Below are positions 1-7,427 of a DNA stretch of 32,000 bases, piece by piece; position 1 is the stretch's first letter, and the number at the start of each line of letters is the position of its first letter. A model generated the notes under the pieces. The model worked only from the letters and a program-made list of their open reading frames with translations. It ran no database searches and was not told the DNA's origin. The stretch is taken from positions 2,070,001-2,102,000 of the forward strand of contig NC_010628.1 of the NCBI RefSeq assembly GCF_000020025.1, in the 5' to 3' direction. Source of the DNA: Nostoc punctiforme PCC 73102 (GTDB lineage Bacteria; Cyanobacteriota; Cyanobacteriia; Cyanobacteriales; Nostocaceae). The translations under genes and the position numbers were made by a program.

Positions 1-152
1 TTTTCAGTATTGTCAACCTCAAGAGATCGAAGTAATTCTCGAATTACGTCTGTTGCTGGTCTTCCTGTCAAAGCACAGTAGTGTTCAAGTTTCTTCATTT
101 CCTCAGTGGTGAGATTTACTGTTAGCCGTTTAACAGCCCATTTTTTATTCAT
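1..152 (-). CDS. Ribbon-helix-helix (CopG/Arc-like) small DNA-binding protein, C-terminus cut by window edge
   Basis: Not in the ORF track because it runs off the window. ATG at 150-152 (minus) is preceded by AGAGGA. My translation is MNKKWAVKRLTVNLTTEEMKKLEHYCALTGRPATDVIRELLRSLEVDNTE, a beta-strand (KRLTVNL) followed by two helices as in RHH folds. Confidence 0.5.
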   Translation of the reverse strand, partial: MNKKWAVKRLTVNLTTEEMKKLEHYCALTGRPATDVIRELLRSLEVDNTE

Positions 153-202
153 GATCCTCTTTTTTCTTTAAAATTGTGCTTTTTGTCGAAATCACCAAGC
201 GA

Positions 203-883
203 TTATGATTGCTCCCGTAGTGCATAGCCTACACCACGGACTGTATGAATCAAACGCTTTTCATTATTCTCTTCTAATTTGAGTCGCAGATAACGAATAT
301 ATACTTCAATAATATTAGAATCACCCATGAAATCATAACCCCAAACTTTCTCTAAAATTTGATCTCTAGTAAACACCTGACGAGGATGTGAGAGGAGATA
401 TTCTAATAAGTCAAACTCTTTTGCTGTTAACTCAATGCTTCGTTTTTCCCGAAAAACTTCACGAGTGCGACGATTTAAGCTTAAATCTTCAAATTGCAAC
501 AAATCTTCGGCTGTTTCTTGCGTGCGGCGCAGATGGGCGCGAATTCTAGCTAGTAGTTCCTCTATGCTGAAGGGCTTAACTACATAATCATCGGCTCCCG
601 CGTCTAATCCGGCGACGCGATCGCTCACTTCATCTTTTGCCGTCAGTAAAATTACTGGTACTGTACTACCTGTTGCTCGCAAACGGCGACAAATTTCTAA
701 ACCTGTTAAACCTGGTAACATCCAATCCAGAATCGCTAAATCTGGTGATGAGTCTCGCGCTAGGGTGAGACCAGCAATCCCATCATGTGCTACACTTACT
801 TGGTATCCTTCGCTACTTAACTCTAATTCGACAAATCGTGCTAGTTTGACTTCATCTTCCACCAAAAGGATATGTGCTGTCAT
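203..883 (-). CDS. OmpR/PhoB-family response regulator (receiver + winged-helix DNA-binding domain)
   Basis: Track ORF 203..931. The receiver signature is ILLVEDE...DLAILDWMLPG...VVKPF, and the winged-helix C-terminus is LTAKEFDLLEYL...VRGVGY. I prefer the ATG at 881-883 (MTAHILLVEDE). The track start at 931 is a GTG that would overlap the MerR stop. Confidence 0.9.
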   Translation of the reverse strand: MTAHILLVEDEVKLARFVELELSSEGYQVSVAHDGIAGLTLARDSSPDLAILDWMLPGLTGLEICRRLRATGSTVPVILLTAKDEVSDRVAGLDAGADDYVVKPFSIEELLARIRAHLRRTQETAEDLLQFEDLSLNRRTREVFREKRSIELTAKEFDLLEYLLSHPRQVFTRDQILEKVWGYDFMGDSNIIEVYIRYLRLKLEENNEKRLIHTVRGVGYALREQS

Positions 884-924
884 AAGTTTGCTTCTGCTAC
901 CTCCTCTGTCTTCTTTTCTGTTTC

Positions 925-1365
925 TCAGCACTGAGGGATATTTTGAATAATGGGACAGATTGTATCTTCATACTGGTCGCCGATATTCTTCCAGCCTGAA
1001 AGTAATCCTTTTATTTCAGATCGCAAAGTTAACAACTGATCGATTTGGCGATCAATTTGCAAAAGCTTGTCCTGGAGCTTTTCTTTGATTTCACCACAAG
1101 GAGCTTGTCCTTGGTCATAGACCTGAAGAATATTTCCAATCTCCTCTAAGCTAAGACCAAGATTTTGTGCCCTTTTAATGAACGCTAGACGAGTCAGCAC
1201 ATCCAATGAAAATTGGCGGAAGCCTCCCTCTGTTCGTCTTGATGATTTGATTAAACCTAAACTCTCGTAATAGCGAATTGTCCTGATAGGGATTCCGCTT
1301 ATATCTGTTACCTGACCAATTAAAAGCAGTTTTGTCTCCTGAGTTAACACGGCAGATTTCCCCAA
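925..1365 (-). CDS. MerR-family transcriptional regulator
   Basis: N-terminal HTH IGQVTDISGIPIRTIRYYESLGLI, then a coiled-coil dimerisation helix (KEKLQDKLLQIDRQIDQLLTLRSEI). Three Cys lie in the C-terminal half. The start is TTG at 1363-1365 (or a nearby GTG) and is uncertain. Confidence 0.85.
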   Translation of the reverse strand: MGKSAVLTQETKLLLIGQVTDISGIPIRTIRYYESLGLIKSSRRTEGGFRQFSLDVLTRLAFIKRAQNLGLSLEEIGNILQVYDQGQAPCGEIKEKLQDKLLQIDRQIDQLLTLRSEIKGLLSGWKNIGDQYEDTICPIIQNIPQC

Positions 1366-1531
1366 ATATTGTAATTATTATTACATATTTATACTAATAA
1401 TTTATTAATTCAGATGAGAGTTGAGCCAAATCTTGGTGTCAGTAGTTTAAATTTTTATTTAATTAGAGATATTACTAAGTTTTGATTTTTCAAATATTTT
1501 CAAATATCTATTGTTAATGCATATTAGCTTA

Positions 1532-1625
1532 ATACAGTTCAAATAAGACCAAAACACTTGTAGAGACAGCGATTTATCGCGTCTCAAAACCCGCGATTTT
1601 GTACAAGTAGCGCTTTGAACCGTAT
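1532..1625. mobile_element. 94-bp MITE-like insertion with 12-bp terminal inverted repeats and a perfect 14-bp flanking direct repeat
   Basis: The TIRs are ATACAGTTCAAA (1532-1543) and TTTGAACCGTAT (1614-1625), matching 11/12 as reverse complements. It is flanked by identical TGCATATTAGCTTA at 1518-1531 and 1626-1639, which looks like a target-site duplication. The interior carries the hairpin GAGACAGCGATTTATCGCGTCTC (1563-1585). Confidence 0.65.
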
Positions 1626-1699
1626 TGCATATTAGCTTACATTAAGTGTTCCAGCTTTTACTAGCACACCATGAATCAACAAGTATTTTGATCGCAGTT

Positions 1700-1744
1700 A
1701 AAACAAACCAACAAAAATGGAACCCTTGGCGATCAACCAAGGGT
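1700..1744 (-). terminator. Intrinsic terminator downstream of the beta-propeller gene
   Basis: An 8-bp GC-rich stem ACCCTTGG (1722-1729) / CCAAGGGT (1737-1744) with a 7-nt loop. On the minus strand it is followed by a T-rich run (plus-strand AAAACAAACCAACAAAAA at 1700-1718). Confidence 0.6.
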
Positions 1745-1850
1745 CATATCAATTTGGTCTTGCGGGGTGTCTAGATGCCGATCAATTATTTATTATCTAC
1801 AACTTCAAGTTTGAACACCCCGGCTAACGAGAATTCGTTTTCGGGCAGAT

Positions 1851-4211
1851 TTAAGGATTGATCGCAAGCTGTGGTTGATTAACACTAGCTTCACGAGACT
1901 TGATGTTGATATTAGTACCAGCATTATTCTGACTGTGTAAGACAAAGCTGATTGCTGTCGCACCCACAGACCTCTGCATCTGCACATAATTAGTAACATC
2001 GAATTCATACCAAATATACTGGGTTCCATTAACTAAAATGGAGGTTGGATTGAGTGGCGATGTGACAAATCCAGGCTGATTGTTCCAGGTCATTGTATTC
2101 TGTGACCAGAGCGGGGTAGACGTAAAAACATCTAACGGCACCCTCGTACCATCGTTCGTATTGACACATAAGCGTAGCGTCGCCCGACTGATGCTGCTGA
2201 CTCCGTTAAGGCTGAATGCAAAGTAAGCGTTGCGATTTAAACCAATATTAGAAGTGGTCTTTACTTCAAGTGTACTAGCTGTACCAAAGTTGGTATTAGC
2301 ATAAGTTCCATCACGAACATAGGTGTCAGCAGTTGGAGTTAGCACTGTGGGATTGGTAGCAGGCAATCCAAAAGCTTGAATGCGGTCAGTACCAACGAAA
2401 ACTGTTCCATGTGCAACAGTTGGTGTGCTATATTTCCCACCAACCTGAAGTTGCGCCTCGTTTCGATTCCAAGTCGTCTGATCGCTCCAGACATTCCAAG
2501 AATTAGCGCTGTTCCAAAGTAGAGAAAGATCGTTACCATCAATCGCATAAAGAATTGGATGAGGTGTGGTGGGACTTACGAGAGAGTCTGAGCGTCGCAC
2601 ATTTGCCGCCAGCACCCAGACAAGTGGGTTATTGCTTCCATTGCTAGTAACTACTGGTGCGCCGGGTGAAAGAAACAGCAGATTATCGTTACTTAGATCA
2701 TTGATCAGATAAGGCCAACGCCCTGAAACTCCATTGTTATAACCACCAGATGGAGAAATACGCAGTCGCACGATTGATGGAGGTACACTCTTTGTTGTTG
2801 CGCCACCATCGCTATCAGTTGTTTTACTAACACCTGAGACATACAAATAGTAAGTAGTGCCGTTATTAAAATAAGCTGGCGTGCTACGCATCTTTGCATA
2901 TTCAGCATTTCCACGCAAACTGGAATCAGGACTAAAGACATTCAACGGATGAGTAGTAGACGAGGCAAGTAATGACTTTTCTGGAAAATTGGTTGCAGAA
3001 CGGTTAGTCAAGCTACCTGGAAGTGATGCCCGATTGAGTAAGTAAATAGTCCCTTGTTTACCGCCGAAGGCAACCAGTTTTGGTGCATCTGTTGTGGCTG
3101 GATTCAGGTCAATAACAACAGGAGAACTACCACCGATATCAATATCGCCAATCTCTAAGGCAATATAGTCAGCAGGCGTGTAAGTGCCTGTCAACATACT
3201 CAGAGGCGAGTCGAATTTGAGCAGTGATTCTCCCCAGGTATTAACAGCAGTATCATAAATCGGATGACTACTGTTCCCTGTGGTTACATAAACATTCTTA
3301 TCACTATCGATGCTGACACCGCCCGCGCCCCACATCCCACCATTAACCTCCTTAGACGACTGTCCAGCAGAGAAGGCACTGAGGATCGTTGCCTTAGCAG
3401 TATCGATCACAACCAACCAACCAGCAGCAGTGTCGTTGTAGCCGCCAAACGGAACGTAAAGCTTACTACCAAGGGAACTAATATTGAGCGCTCCGCGTTG
3501 TGACATTAAAGTTGCTGCTTCAAAAGTTGCTTTCCCGTTGCCACCGTTTTTGTTAATGTTGTTTGTATTCAATGCACTGTTGTTAATTGGAACACCTGTG
3601 GTCGGCCAACCAGAAACAGTCGCACCGTTACTCAGATTGAGTGCAAAGACACGCCACTCTCCGCCTGCTCTATTGTCAACAACGCTAGCAACATAAAGCC
3701 GCCCTGGAGAGTAGTTTGTACGGTCGATTACTGGGGTACTCAGGATACCCATTGGGATTGGGCCTTCAAGAAGCGAGGAGGTTGGCACAATGACGGGTGT
3801 GCCTAAATTGGTTCGCCAGAGTACTGTACCAGGCTTAACATTACCATTTGCAAACGCATTGACTGCATAGATATCGCCATTGTTAGTTGCAGCAAATACA
3901 ACATTGAAAGTTCCAGTGAAAGAACTTGTGGAAATGAAAACATTATCGGCGTAGAGGGGTGTCGCGTAGAGATGAGGCGCATAGCTGGTTCCACCAATAG
4001 TTATACTGTTAAAACGTGGTGAGTCCCAAAGTCTACTAAAACCACCATTGCGAACTAGTGCGGGAGTAAGAATTGTCTCTGCATTGTTCCAGCCATGACG
4101 TTGACGATTGCCATGAAACATCAGAGTGTCCTGGGCCTGTACGGGAAGGCTCTGGAGAACTCCGACAGATAAAAGAGTTGTAAATAGAGAATGACGAATC
4201 CAAGAAAGCAT
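1851..4211 (-). CDS. Secreted PQQ/BamB-like beta-propeller repeat protein with C-terminal DNRLRE-type (carbohydrate-binding-like) domain
   Basis: Track ORF 1851..4223. The ATG at 4209-4211 has GGAGG 6 nt upstream and gives the signal peptide MLSWIRHSLFTTLLSVGVLQSLPVQAQ. There are repeated G-x-hydrophobic-YA-x-D/N...LW blades (GDIYAVNAF...VLWRTN, ILYAIDGNDLSLLWNS). The C-terminus ADTYVRDGTYANTNFGTASTLEV...AYFAFSL...ATLRL...WSQNTMTWNNQP matches the DNRLRE-domain pattern. Confidence 0.8.
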   Translation of the reverse strand: MLSWIRHSLFTTLLSVGVLQSLPVQAQDTLMFHGNRQRHGWNNAETILTPALVRNGGFSRLWDSPRFNSITIGGTSYAPHLYATPLYADNVFISTSSFTGTFNVVFAATNNGDIYAVNAFANGNVKPGTVLWRTNLGTPVIVPTSSLLEGPIPMGILSTPVIDRTNYSPGRLYVASVVDNRAGGEWRVFALNLSNGATVSGWPTTGVPINNSALNTNNINKNGGNGKATFEAATLMSQRGALNISSLGSKLYVPFGGYNDTAAGWLVVIDTAKATILSAFSAGQSSKEVNGGMWGAGGVSIDSDKNVYVTTGNSSHPIYDTAVNTWGESLLKFDSPLSMLTGTYTPADYIALEIGDIDIGGSSPVVIDLNPATTDAPKLVAFGGKQGTIYLLNRASLPGSLTNRSATNFPEKSLLASSTTHPLNVFSPDSSLRGNAEYAKMRSTPAYFNNGTTYYLYVSGVSKTTDSDGGATTKSVPPSIVRLRISPSGGYNNGVSGRWPYLINDLSNDNLLFLSPGAPVVTSNGSNNPLVWVLAANVRRSDSLVSPTTPHPILYAIDGNDLSLLWNSANSWNVWSDQTTWNRNEAQLQVGGKYSTPTVAHGTVFVGTDRIQAFGLPATNPTVLTPTADTYVRDGTYANTNFGTASTLEVKTTSNIGLNRNAYFAFSLNGVSSISRATLRLCVNTNDGTRVPLDVFTSTPLWSQNTMTWNNQPGFVTSPLNPTSILVNGTQYIWYEFDVTNYVQMQRSVGATAISFVLHSQNNAGTNINIKSREASVNQPQLAINP

Positions 4212-4781
4212 GAAAGCCTCCAATAAAATGTGAAGTATTAAGCGCTAAAAGTCTTACAAAATCAACAGTATTATGATGAATGCTCATTCTTACTTCCAAC
4301 GTTTCACGCCTAAAAATCGGATAGAAGTAACAAAAATAATTTAGATTTATTCCAAAAGTCAAAGAAAAAGTTAAGGGAGGAAAAAGAAAATGGCTCAAAG
4401 CCCTTTCCTTATAACCTTTGTTCTTATACCCCTTTTGTATCTTTAATAATTAGAGGACGTTTTTAATATAGTAAAAGTTTGAGCTATCTTTAACTGAAAT
4501 ATAAATATATGTGTAGTTAGGCTAACCTTTCTATTCCAGTTTAAAAAAAATAATAAAACTAATTACTTTAAGTATTCTCCCTATTTCTGGAGAAACTCAA
4601 TATTATCAAAATTATTATTAAGGCTATTTTGAGTATTTTAACTGATTGACAAAAAACTTTATTTTAAATTTCACAAATGTTTCTTGGGTGACTATTTCTC
4701 ATAGTACTGAAAGTAACTGTTTTTTTTGAGTTCGCATGTTACTTCTAGATCAACTGCTTCACCTCAAGTGAAACCATAAAA

Positions 4782-5870
4782 ATGAATCTCAACTCGCAGA
4801 CTTCTAGCTCAATCCGTAAACCTAAAACTTTCAATAATCCAGAGCGTTTTATTGAAGGATGGTATTGGGTAATACCCTCTCGAAATCTGCGGGTGGGTGA
4901 AGTAAAACCTGTCACTATTTTGGGCAGAGAACTAGTGATTTACCGTGGTAAGGACAGAAGAGTAACTACCTTTGATGCTTACTGTCCCCACATGGGCGCT
5001 CATCTTGCTGAAGGCAAAGTTGAGGGTAATGCACTCCGTTGTTTCTTCCACCACTGGAAATTTGATGCTGAAGGGATGTGTATTGATATTCCATGTTTAG
5101 ATACACCACCTTCCCTAAAGTTACAAACTTGGCCTACTGCTGAAAAGTACGGCATGATTTGGGTTTGGACTGGAGAAATACCACAACAACCCCTACCTTT
5201 TATTCCCGAATTAGAACAAAAAGAGTGTGATGTCGCTATCCATTCTCCCTTTCTGATGAACTGTCACCCCAATGTGGTGATGATTAATGCGATTGATACT
5301 CAACATGTCAATACAGTCCACAAACTGCCAATAGAAATTATTTTTGAAAGACAGGAATTGAACGAAAATGCAATTATATTCAGTAACACTACAAACATTA
5401 AAGAGAATTCATCTTTCATTAAACTCATCCGTCTTTTCTACAAGAATGCCATAACTATCAGTATTTGCTATTGGTACGGTAGCATTGGCATTGTGACGCT
5501 TGGCCCCGATTTCTTCCATATTCACACAATGTTTGCAGTTCGCCTGCACGAAGGTGGAAAAGCTGAAGGCCAAATCCTATTGATTACTAAAAAACGTAAA
5601 GGATTTTTTGGTTGGTTATCCAATCGAGTTGTGTTATGGCTGACTAAGATTGCAGGTAAATTCTTTCTCATGGATGACATCAAGATTGTCCAAACAATTA
5701 AGTTTGATTTAAAAACTCCAATCAAAGCAGATCAGTCAATCATGCAGTTTATTAACCATGTTGAAAGGCAACAATCTCTAATGTGGGGGACTTGGCAAGA
5801 AGCGCGATCGCGCGATGTAGAGAGCAAGCCTAAGCGTGAGAGATGGCAAGATACAGCGAGTAATGACTAA
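4782..5870 (+). CDS. Rieske [2Fe-2S] non-heme-iron oxygenase (ring-hydroxylating / PaO-KshA-like alpha subunit)
   Basis: Rieske motif CPHMGAHL-x-CFFHHW (C-x-H-x16-C-x2-H). Mononuclear iron motif NAIDTQHVNTVH (D-x2-H-x4-H). 362 aa with an ATG start. Confidence 0.85.
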   Translation: MNLNSQTSSSIRKPKTFNNPERFIEGWYWVIPSRNLRVGEVKPVTILGRELVIYRGKDRRVTTFDAYCPHMGAHLAEGKVEGNALRCFFHHWKFDAEGMCIDIPCLDTPPSLKLQTWPTAEKYGMIWVWTGEIPQQPLPFIPELEQKECDVAIHSPFLMNCHPNVVMINAIDTQHVNTVHKLPIEIIFERQELNENAIIFSNTTNIKENSSFIKLIRLFYKNAITISICYWYGSIGIVTLGPDFFHIHTMFAVRLHEGGKAEGQILLITKKRKGFFGWLSNRVVLWLTKIAGKFFLMDDIKIVQTIKFDLKTPIKADQSIMQFINHVERQQSLMWGTWQEARSRDVESKPKRERWQDTASND

Positions 5871-5964
5871 TATCATGTCTACATTGACTAAAATTCTGTT
5901 GAAGCTTACAAAGCCTTAGCTTAACAGAATAATTATTTTATGATCAATTAAACGGACATGATAT
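5870..5964. repeat. Nested palindrome (two concentric stems) immediately after the Rieske stop codon
   Basis: The outer 10-bp stem is ATATCATGTC (5870-5879) / GACATGATAT (5955-5964). The inner stem is ATTCTGTT-g-AAGCT (5893-5906) / AGCTTAACAGAAT (5918-5930) with one bulge. Confidence 0.5.
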
Positions 5965-5974
5965 AACAGCTAAT

Positions 5975-6022
5975 AAAAGTTAAAAGTTCAAGAAATTACT
6001 TTTAACTTTTAATTTATTTTTT
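5975..6022 (+). terminator. Candidate intrinsic terminator for the Rieske oxygenase gene
   Basis: A perfect 13-bp stem AAAAGTTAAAAGT (5975-5987) / ACTTTTAACTTTT (5998-6010) with a 10-nt loop, followed by AATTTATTTTTT. The stem is A/U-rich, so it is weak. Confidence 0.5.
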
Positions 6023-6040
6023 ACTGGGTTACTAAATTAA

Positions 6041-6065
6041 TAAAAAGAAGTGGCAAAGCCACTTC
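6041..6065 (-). terminator. Candidate intrinsic terminator (minus strand)
   Basis: Stem GAAGTGGC (6047-6054) / GCCACTTC (6058-6065) with loop AAA. The plus-strand TAAAAA just before it gives a U-tract on the minus strand. Confidence 0.5.
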
Positions 6066-6230
6066 CTAATTCCCAGGTAGAACCTAAGTTATGAGTATAA
6101 CGACTACAAAAATTTGAAATAGTATAAACAAACACCAATTAGCTGAATATCTGTATTTTCCTTGTTTTCTGGGTGAGAAAATCGTAATTTAGATGCGCTA
6201 AATAACTGTATATTTACATAAGTCTTATGA

Positions 6231-6479
6231 TTACAATGCAGACTCAAGTGTAAGTTTTTCTGGTAGATAGGCAGCGCGATCGCTATCAAGCAGTATATTT
6301 ACTATAGCCCTTGCATCTTTGAGCGTGACAGGTAAATCTGCATCTACGCTAATGAGTAAGGTATTACCGTTGGTAAAGCTTTGGTTCGTCATACGGTGGG
6401 TGAAGAATGCAATCGCATTTTCCTCAAACTTACCCGATGCAACTGCGATCGCAATTCCTCCATAACTGCTTAGATGCAA
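6231..6479 (-). CDS. Hypothetical small protein, possibly a gene remnant
   Basis: Track ORF with a TTG start directly after an in-frame TAA. The first in-frame ATG leaves only 53 aa. Upstream there is a 22-aa ORF in another frame. I recognised no motif. Confidence 0.25.
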   Translation of the reverse strand: MHLSSYGGIAIAVASGKFEENAIAFFTHRMTNQSFTNGNTLLISVDADLPVTLKDARAIVNILLDSDRAAYLPEKLTLESAL

Positions 6480-6627
6480 TTATACGCATCTTGACTCAAT
6501 TCTTAATTGGAACATCCCGATATTTTATTAACTGACCACAGTAATTTACTAGCTCTAAACTTAGCATAAAAAGTTGCCTCCATATTTTTCCTACGCCCTA
6601 GCAAGCAAACTGATGTTTAGCATACCA

Positions 6628-7332
6628 CTACTCACCTGGGTTCAGCACAACGATAATTTCTGTAAGTGTGATTCCCAGAGGTTTCCAATGGCGATCGCTG
6701 GAGGAAAAAGTACCATCCCCTAACACTGCTTGGTAGTCATTGGGGAACTTTTCATAAGCATTGGGAGCAGCGTTTACTCGTAAAATGAGTTTGCCTTGAT
6801 AACGGGATAATTTACTACTATCCAACAAAATTGTACCGCCGTAGTCCCATTCCAATCCATAGAGTTTAAAGTCACCTAACTTCTTGCGTAACTCGCTCAA
6901 TGGGGTTCCAACACCGATACCTTCGCGGGTTTTCCAAGCTGAACCCAGGTTACGCACATCTAGAGGTTTAGTACGAGTATTATCACTCCAAACTACTAAG
7001 AGCGTAGATGCGGAGCAGCTTGTCGTTAGACATCGCCCCTGATTTAGATTTACCTGAGTAGCAGCGAAACTCCCTATTCCTTCAGCACCGGAAATGGTTT
7101 TATCAACGAGATGGGATGCACCAAACAGCTTCACTAAATCTTGCTTGGTGGTTGTGCGTGTTATTGGCCCCACTCGTTCGCCAGGAACAATCAAGGTGTT
7201 TGTTAATGGTTGCGATTTAGCAACAGTAATTGGATGATTGATTTTCTGGGGTAGTGCAAAGACTGGGTTTGCTGAATAGTTTAGTAGTAAAGCTAAAGTA
7301 GCTGTAGCAATGCCTTTGATTGATGAATTCAT
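6628..7332 (-). CDS. Secreted hypothetical protein
   Basis: ATG start with a signal-peptide-like N-terminus (IKGIATATLALLLNYSANPVFA). The composition is protein-like over 234 aa. I recognised no family motif. Confidence 0.6.
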   Translation of the reverse strand: MNSSIKGIATATLALLLNYSANPVFALPQKINHPITVAKSQPLTNTLIVPGERVGPITRTTTKQDLVKLFGASHLVDKTISGAEGIGSFAATQVNLNQGRCLTTSCSASTLLVVWSDNTRTKPLDVRNLGSAWKTREGIGVGTPLSELRKKLGDFKLYGLEWDYGGTILLDSSKLSRYQGKLILRVNAAPNAYEKFPNDYQAVLGDGTFSSSDRHWKPLGITLTEIIVVLNPGE

Positions 7333-7427
7333 AGGTTCTATTCTTGGGTAGTAAAATATGAGTCAAACGTACTCATAGTTTAAGTACTACAATTTACCAA
7401 TTACAGATTCCCGATTTTCCAAAAATT

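Noticed and set aside
617-624. HIP1 octamers GCGATCGC scattered through genes and spacers (also 5804-5811, 6276-6283, 6445-6452 and many more)
   Set aside because: These are a real feature but a general genomic hallmark of many cyanobacteria. They help taxonomic placement and are not a locus-specific signal.
925-931. Alternative upstream starts given in the ORF track (GTG 931, TTG 4223, 24827, TTG 26148, TTG 28275)
   Set aside because: In each case a downstream ATG gives an N-terminus matching the family, or has a better SD or signal peptide. I adjusted the coordinates, but the starts remain unverified without proteomic or ribosome-profiling data.
1367-1390. AT-rich imperfect palindrome (TTGTAATTATTATTACA) next to the MerR start, considered as a MerR operator
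   Set aside because: It abuts the putative start codon rather than lying between -35 and -10 elements. The region is so AT-rich that such palindromes are expected by chance.
2339-3997. Several 64-79-aa ORFs on both strands inside 1851..4211
   Set aside because: All are nested in, or antisense to, the 786-aa secreted-protein frame, which has a signal peptide, an SD and domain motifs.
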